Positions 59,799 through 64,000 of a stretch of 64,000 bases of DNA are shown piece after piece. The notes beneath the pieces are model-generated. The model had not been told where the DNA came from. It saw nothing but the letters and a program-made list of their open reading frames with translations, and ran no database searches. The stretch is from an uncultured Alphaproteobacteria bacterium (GTDB lineage: Bacteria; Pseudomonadota; Alphaproteobacteria; Rs-D84). A program made the translations under genes and the position numbers. Each line of letters opens with the position of its first letter. Position 1 is the first letter of the stretch. The stretch lies in assembly GCA_949878575.1 (NCBI GenBank), contig CATLAX010000002.1, positions 65,378 through 129,377 of the forward strand, in the 5' to 3' direction.

Positions 59799-62111
59799 TT
59801 AGCAGGCGTCCAGTTTCTGGCGCCAATGGGCCTTGCGCTGCTTAAACGATTTTATCCCGCCAAACGTTATTGTCTGCAAGATTTTATATTTTGCAATTTT
59901 ACGCTTTATTTTGCGTTTGGACATACCAGCACCGGAATTTGCATTCATTCGCCATTCAACCGTTCCATGCATAAGCTTATGCAACATAATTTCATAAAAC
60001 GGGGTTTTGCGTGCAAATTCCCAGAAATAATGCGCATTGTCACGCCACGGCTCGTTCCACGGCTTGATACTGCTGGCGTAATGCAGGATAAACGGATTTT
60101 TTAACAAATCCATTAAGGTTTCATATCCCAACGACCCCTTGGCCCAATACCAGTGAAAAGCCGCGTTCCATTCAACATTCCATTTGCCGTCTATGTAATG
60201 TATATGGCGGCCGTTCGCAACGGAATTCATAACATCCTGGTCTACATATAACGGATTACCCAACTCCCTTAAACGTACCAGGCATTTATCCATAACATTG
60301 TCTTTCCGGCATTGCTTTACATTCCAAATCATGACACCGGCCTGAAAATAATCACGCACATCGGTCATTTTTAAAGTATTTTTAATATAAGGCATCACAA
60401 AATTATTCGCCCAGGTATGTTTGACACATCCATCCGTCTCAAACCATTTTTCATGCGCCACACCCCACCAGTTGTCGCCAATATCAACATCAAACAATTC
60501 CGCTACATCATGCAGGGCCACCATATCCACATCCAAATACAGAACCTTGCCGTATTTTGCAAATATCTGCGGGATAAAGAATCTAAAGTAAGTATCCTGT
60601 GAAAAATGCTGGCCGGTGCATAGCATGGACATGTCTATGCCGGATATATAATCCTTGGCGTCAATCAAGCGCACGGAAATGTTCGGCGTCGCCATTGACA
60701 TTAGCAAGTGCTTGTTTTCATCGGAAACATCGCTGGATGATATGACAACGTCATAATTGCGGTTCTGACTGGCGTTGTCCTTTATTGACTGCAGCATCAC
60801 ACCACAATTCGGTGCATAATTATTGTTTGTCGCCATAAAAATCGTCACCGCATTGTCAAATACCGGCTGAATGCATGCGAACTGCGGTTTGGGTTTGCCG
60901 GACACCTTTTCAAAGTGCAGCCCGGACTTTAATTTTTTAGTCTTCTTGACAGTAATCAAATTAAACAGGCGCCATTTGACACAATCTGTTTTATAAACTT
61001 TGACCATTACCGGCATACCCATCAGACGCCATCCAGTCACCCCGGTCTTTTTATATATCGCCCAGAACAAATTGCCGTATTTTCCAGGTGTAACTTTCAG
61101 ATATTTCATAACAGTGAAATAATCCCCGGCGGCCAATGCCGACAGAACACCGTAAAAATATTCCGATTTGTACTTTTCCAGCGCATCAATACCGAATTTA
61201 TGCAGCAGTGTTCTGTATAAATCCAGCATTTCTATTTCCATATTCTCGTCATAGACATACGAAATTGAAAAGCCCAAGTATTCATACAAATCCTTGATAA
61301 AATTAATGCTGTTTATTTCATCCAACAAATTATTTTTCTGCAAAAAATCAAACTGGGCCGCCATTGAATGATAACAGTCAAATTCTTTGCCGGAATTTTT
61401 CTTGTTATATGTCAAATCCATTATACTGTTGCGGCGGACGACATAATTATATACAACCCTGTCCAAACCAAACATCGTCTTCATAACCGCATAACACTGC
61501 GACATAAAACATGTGTCATCATGCTCGTACCCGTCGGGGAAACGAATGTCATACCGGCGGATTATATCCATACGGAACAGACGCCCCCACAAAACAACAC
61601 CGCACATGTCGTGCCTGTTTTTCATTTTATCCAGCAAAAACGTACCGGTTATCTTTAATTTTTGCCATTCCACACAGGCAACCCTGTCCTTGTTTTTTGT
61701 ACCGTTTTCCCAAACCACGCGATTATCGGCAGACACCATGTCCGCATCGTTGGCCAGCATCGCCCCGAGCATCTGTTCAACGGCATCGTCGTCATACCAG
61801 TCGTCACTGTCACAGAACATCAGCCATTTTCCGCGGGCCGCGGCCAGGCCGGCATTTCGTGCCGTCGCCGGACCGGAATTTTTCTGTGATATAACCCGAA
61901 CGCGCCCGTCGCCCGCCGCCAGACGGTTTAATTCATCCAGACTGCCGTCGGTGGAACCGTCGTTTATACAAATAACCTCTATATCCCCATACGTTTGCGC
62001 AAGCAGGCTGCCGACACTGCGTTCCAAATATTTCTTGCAGTTATAAACCGGCATTATAACCGATACCAGACCGGCCGACTTTTTCTGTTGTTCCGTCATG
62101 CTAAAATCCAT
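59799..62111 (-). CDS. Bifunctional glycosyltransferase (N-terminal GT2 + C-terminal GT8 family domain)
   Basis: GT2: VSVIMPVYNCKKYLERSVGSLLAQTY...DSDD. GT8: YFRFFIPQIF...LYLDVDMVALHD (DxD) ...NWWGV. Confidence 0.75.
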   Translation of the reverse strand: MDFSMTEQQKKSAGLVSVIMPVYNCKKYLERSVGSLLAQTYGDIEVICINDGSTDGSLDELNRLAAGDGRVRVISQKNSGPATARNAGLAAARGKWLMFCDSDDWYDDDAVEQMLGAMLANDADMVSADNRVVWENGTKNKDRVACVEWQKLKITGTFLLDKMKNRHDMCGVVLWGRLFRMDIIRRYDIRFPDGYEHDDTCFMSQCYAVMKTMFGLDRVVYNYVVRRNSIMDLTYNKKNSGKEFDCYHSMAAQFDFLQKNNLLDEINSINFIKDLYEYLGFSISYVYDENMEIEMLDLYRTLLHKFGIDALEKYKSEYFYGVLSALAAGDYFTVMKYLKVTPGKYGNLFWAIYKKTGVTGWRLMGMPVMVKVYKTDCVKWRLFNLITVKKTKKLKSGLHFEKVSGKPKPQFACIQPVFDNAVTIFMATNNNYAPNCGVMLQSIKDNASQNRNYDVVISSSDVSDENKHLLMSMATPNISVRLIDAKDYISGIDMSMLCTGQHFSQDTYFRFFIPQIFAKYGKVLYLDVDMVALHDVAELFDVDIGDNWWGVAHEKWFETDGCVKHTWANNFVMPYIKNTLKMTDVRDYFQAGVMIWNVKQCRKDNVMDKCLVRLRELGNPLYVDQDVMNSVANGRHIHYIDGKWNVEWNAAFHWYWAKGSLGYETLMDLLKNPFILHYASSIKPWNEPWRDNAHYFWEFARKTPFYEIMLHKLMHGTVEWRMNANSGAGMSKRKIKRKIAKYKILQTITFGGIKSFKQRKAHWRQKLDAC

Positions 62112-63094
62112 CTCAATTTCCTTTTTATAAATTGTTCCGCGTGATAATACACAACCGCACAGGCGATACTTATTCCCAACGCCGCCAGCCCCGCCCCGGC
62201 GGTTAATATTTTTGGATAATGAACCAGTTTCATGCCGACAATCATGAATATGTAAACATACAGCGTATACCGGCTGACATACGTAATTTTGTCACTGATT
62301 TTGTTCAAAGTATTTGATACAAGGTCGTTGTTTTCAACCATCAACAACAGCATGACACCCGACGCCAGAACAAATGTCAGCATCGTTTCATCGCCGCGCC
62401 ATCCGACAAGCAAAGAATATATCAGATAAGCCATCGCAGCGGCCTGTAACGCCGTGCGCACCACACGCGATTTGACGGCAATTTTTACATTGGCCAGCAG
62501 CATTCCCACGCCGATAAACGTAATACCGCGCACAAACGGCAGATTCAACAATCCGCCAAAGACAAAATTTGGGTTGCCAAACGCCTGTTGGACCCCATAC
62601 TGGCTTATACAAACATAGCCCAGAAACACAATCGGCGCCATGCAGGGAATAAAATTCCTGCCCGCTATTTTGCGCAACAGCGCCCAAAACACAAAGCCCC
62701 AGAAATACGCGTTTATAAACCACGCCACCGGACAGCCCGTCAATGCGGCGTTTCCGATTGCGCCATCCAACAGGAACAAACGCTGAACCAGATTATGCGC
62801 CATTGCACCGACATGCTGGTGACACAGCATGTCCCATACGACACCGGCGATGACAACAGGCGGCATTACATACAGATATACTTTCTTTATCGCCGGACCT
62901 TCGCCCAGTTTGTCCAGACTTTTTATCATAAAAAATCCGGCGATTATGAAAAACAGGTTTGTCGCCCAATCCGCATTCAAGTACAGCGGCGCAAAAGCCC
63001 AGTGTCCCAAAAATGCAATCAAAATCAACGGAATACGTAAAAATTCTATACCGGTAATCCTGCGCTTTGCCGTTTCCATATTGTTCCCCCACAA
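62096..63094 (-). CDS. Acyltransferase family 3 (O-acyl/acetyltransferase, OafA-like) membrane protein
   Basis: 332 aa with 10 TM helices. The N-terminal GIEFLRIPLILIAFLGH is typical of Acyl_transf_3. Confidence 0.7.
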   Translation of the reverse strand: MWGNNMETAKRRITGIEFLRIPLILIAFLGHWAFAPLYLNADWATNLFFIIAGFFMIKSLDKLGEGPAIKKVYLYVMPPVVIAGVVWDMLCHQHVGAMAHNLVQRLFLLDGAIGNAALTGCPVAWFINAYFWGFVFWALLRKIAGRNFIPCMAPIVFLGYVCISQYGVQQAFGNPNFVFGGLLNLPFVRGITFIGVGMLLANVKIAVKSRVVRTALQAAAMAYLIYSLLVGWRGDETMLTFVLASGVMLLLMVENNDLVSNTLNKISDKITYVSRYTLYVYIFMIVGMKLVHYPKILTAGAGLAALGISIACAVVYYHAEQFIKRKLRWILA

Positions 63095-63098
63095 AATA

Positions 63099-64000
63099 TC
63101 AGCACCGGGCCAGTTCCTGCCGCCAGTTCGCCTTGCGCTTTTTAAATGATTTCACCATCCCCAGCGTTAAGGCCTGTAAAATCTTGTATTTCTTTATTTT
63201 ACGCTTAATGCGGCGAATTTTGGATTTATTCGGCTTGTTATAATACCCCGTTGCCGCAATTGACGCCATTGCCTTGGCCAGTATTTTTTCATAATACGGG
63301 GTTTGACGCGCATATTTCCAAAAATATTCCGCATAATCATTCTGGGGCTGATTCCACGGTCTGCTGTTGCCGCAATAATGCAGGATATACGCCCGCCCTG
63401 TCCACCAGACGGCCGTTTTATACGATTCCGTCACAGAATAATCGCCCCAGTCGTATTTCGGATTCCACGCCACGTTCCAATACGGCGAGAGCCAGAACAC
63501 GTGCTTGCCGTTCGCAACGGCATTCATTACGTCCTGGCTTAAAAACAATAACTGTTTGATTTCCTGCAGCTTGTCCAGGCATTTTGCCGTAACCTTATCC
63601 GCACGGCATCGCTTTATATTCCAAATCATCACGCCCGTTTGAAAATAATCATATACGGAATCCATTTTCAAAACGTTTTTAAGATGCGCCGCAACAGTGG
63701 TGGTGCCCCACGATTCGTACGGGGTTGAACATACTGTCGCAACACCCTTGTCATATGTTACGCCCCACCAGTTGTCGCCGATGTTCGTGTCATATAATTC
63801 GGCAATGTCGCGATTTGCGACCATGTCCGCATCCAGATACAAAACCTTGTCATAATTTGCAAAAATTTCGGGAATAAAATATCTGTAATACCTTTCTGCA
63901 CCAAATTTGGCGGATGCGTTGACAGCGTTCAAATCAGCATCGCCGACATAATTTTTTATATCAATAATACGCACGGAAACGTTCGGTGTCGCCATTGCCG
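63099..64000 (-). CDS. GT8-family glycosyltransferase, 5'-truncated by window edge (paralog of C-terminal half of 59799-62111)
   Basis: YYRYFIPEIFANYDKVLYLDADMVANRD...NWWGV with a C-terminal basic tail KRKIKKYKILQ. About 80% nucleotide identity to 59799-60720. Confidence 0.65.
   Translation of the reverse strand, partial: AMATPNVSVRIIDIKNYVGDADLNAVNASAKFGAERYYRYFIPEIFANYDKVLYLDADMVANRDIAELYDTNIGDNWWGVTYDKGVATVCSTPYESWGTTTVAAHLKNVLKMDSVYDYFQTGVMIWNIKRCRADKVTAKCLDKLQEIKQLLFLSQDVMNAVANGKHVFWLSPYWNVAWNPKYDWGDYSVTESYKTAVWWTGRAYILHYCGNSRPWNQPQNDYAEYFWKYARQTPYYEKILAKAMASIAATGYYNKPNKSKIRRIKRKIKKYKILQALTLGMVKSFKKRKANWRQELARC

Noticed and set aside
61368-62046. Plus-strand ORFs (96-177 aa) inside the GT2-GT8 gene
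   Set aside because: These are antisense frames with Arg/Pro/Ser-rich composition, embedded in a gene with clear GT motifs on the minus strand.

Overview
This 64 kb window comes from a Gram-negative (diderm) bacterium. The host has about 50-55% GC, with AT-rich intergenic regions and several low-GC insertions. Housekeeping genes dominate the backbone: groES-groEL, a P2-type cation ATPase, a roughly 975-aa autotransporter, ogt, secG, rnc-lepB, comM/yifB, an MsbA-like ABC exporter, a class A PBP, fabI, ligA, tcdA, tatD, lrgAB, ackA, an MFS transporter, and the frr-uppS-cdsA-rseP-bamA cluster. Four tRNAs are present: Gln-CTG, Asn-GTT, Lys-TTT and Ala-GGC. At least two of them are integration sites.

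The clearest accessory feature is a roughly 7.1 kb integrative element inserted at the 3' end of tRNA-Lys (40398-47493) and bounded by 24-bp direct repeats. It carries a tyrosine integrase, a superinfection-immunity-like membrane protein, further small membrane ORFs, and a replication module split into a small HUH-motif Rep and a separate SF3 helicase. A second, degenerate islet of about 1 kb sits at the 3' end of tRNA-Asn.

Other unusual items:
- a protein made of five tandem IS3-transposase-type HTH modules plus a Fis-type HTH, divergent from an XRE regulator;
- a translationally coupled four-gene envelope operon (lipoprotein, two bitopic proteins, one secreted protein) with no recognisable homology;
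- an 813-aa coiled-coil ORFan;
- a secreted protease/repeat-protein cluster;
- a T7-type tail-fibre-like gene beside tRNA-Ala;
- a glycan-modification locus with two paralogous GT8 genes in direct orientation flanking an O-acyltransferase.

No CRISPR array or rRNA was seen. All calls were made by eye from motifs; no database search was possible.
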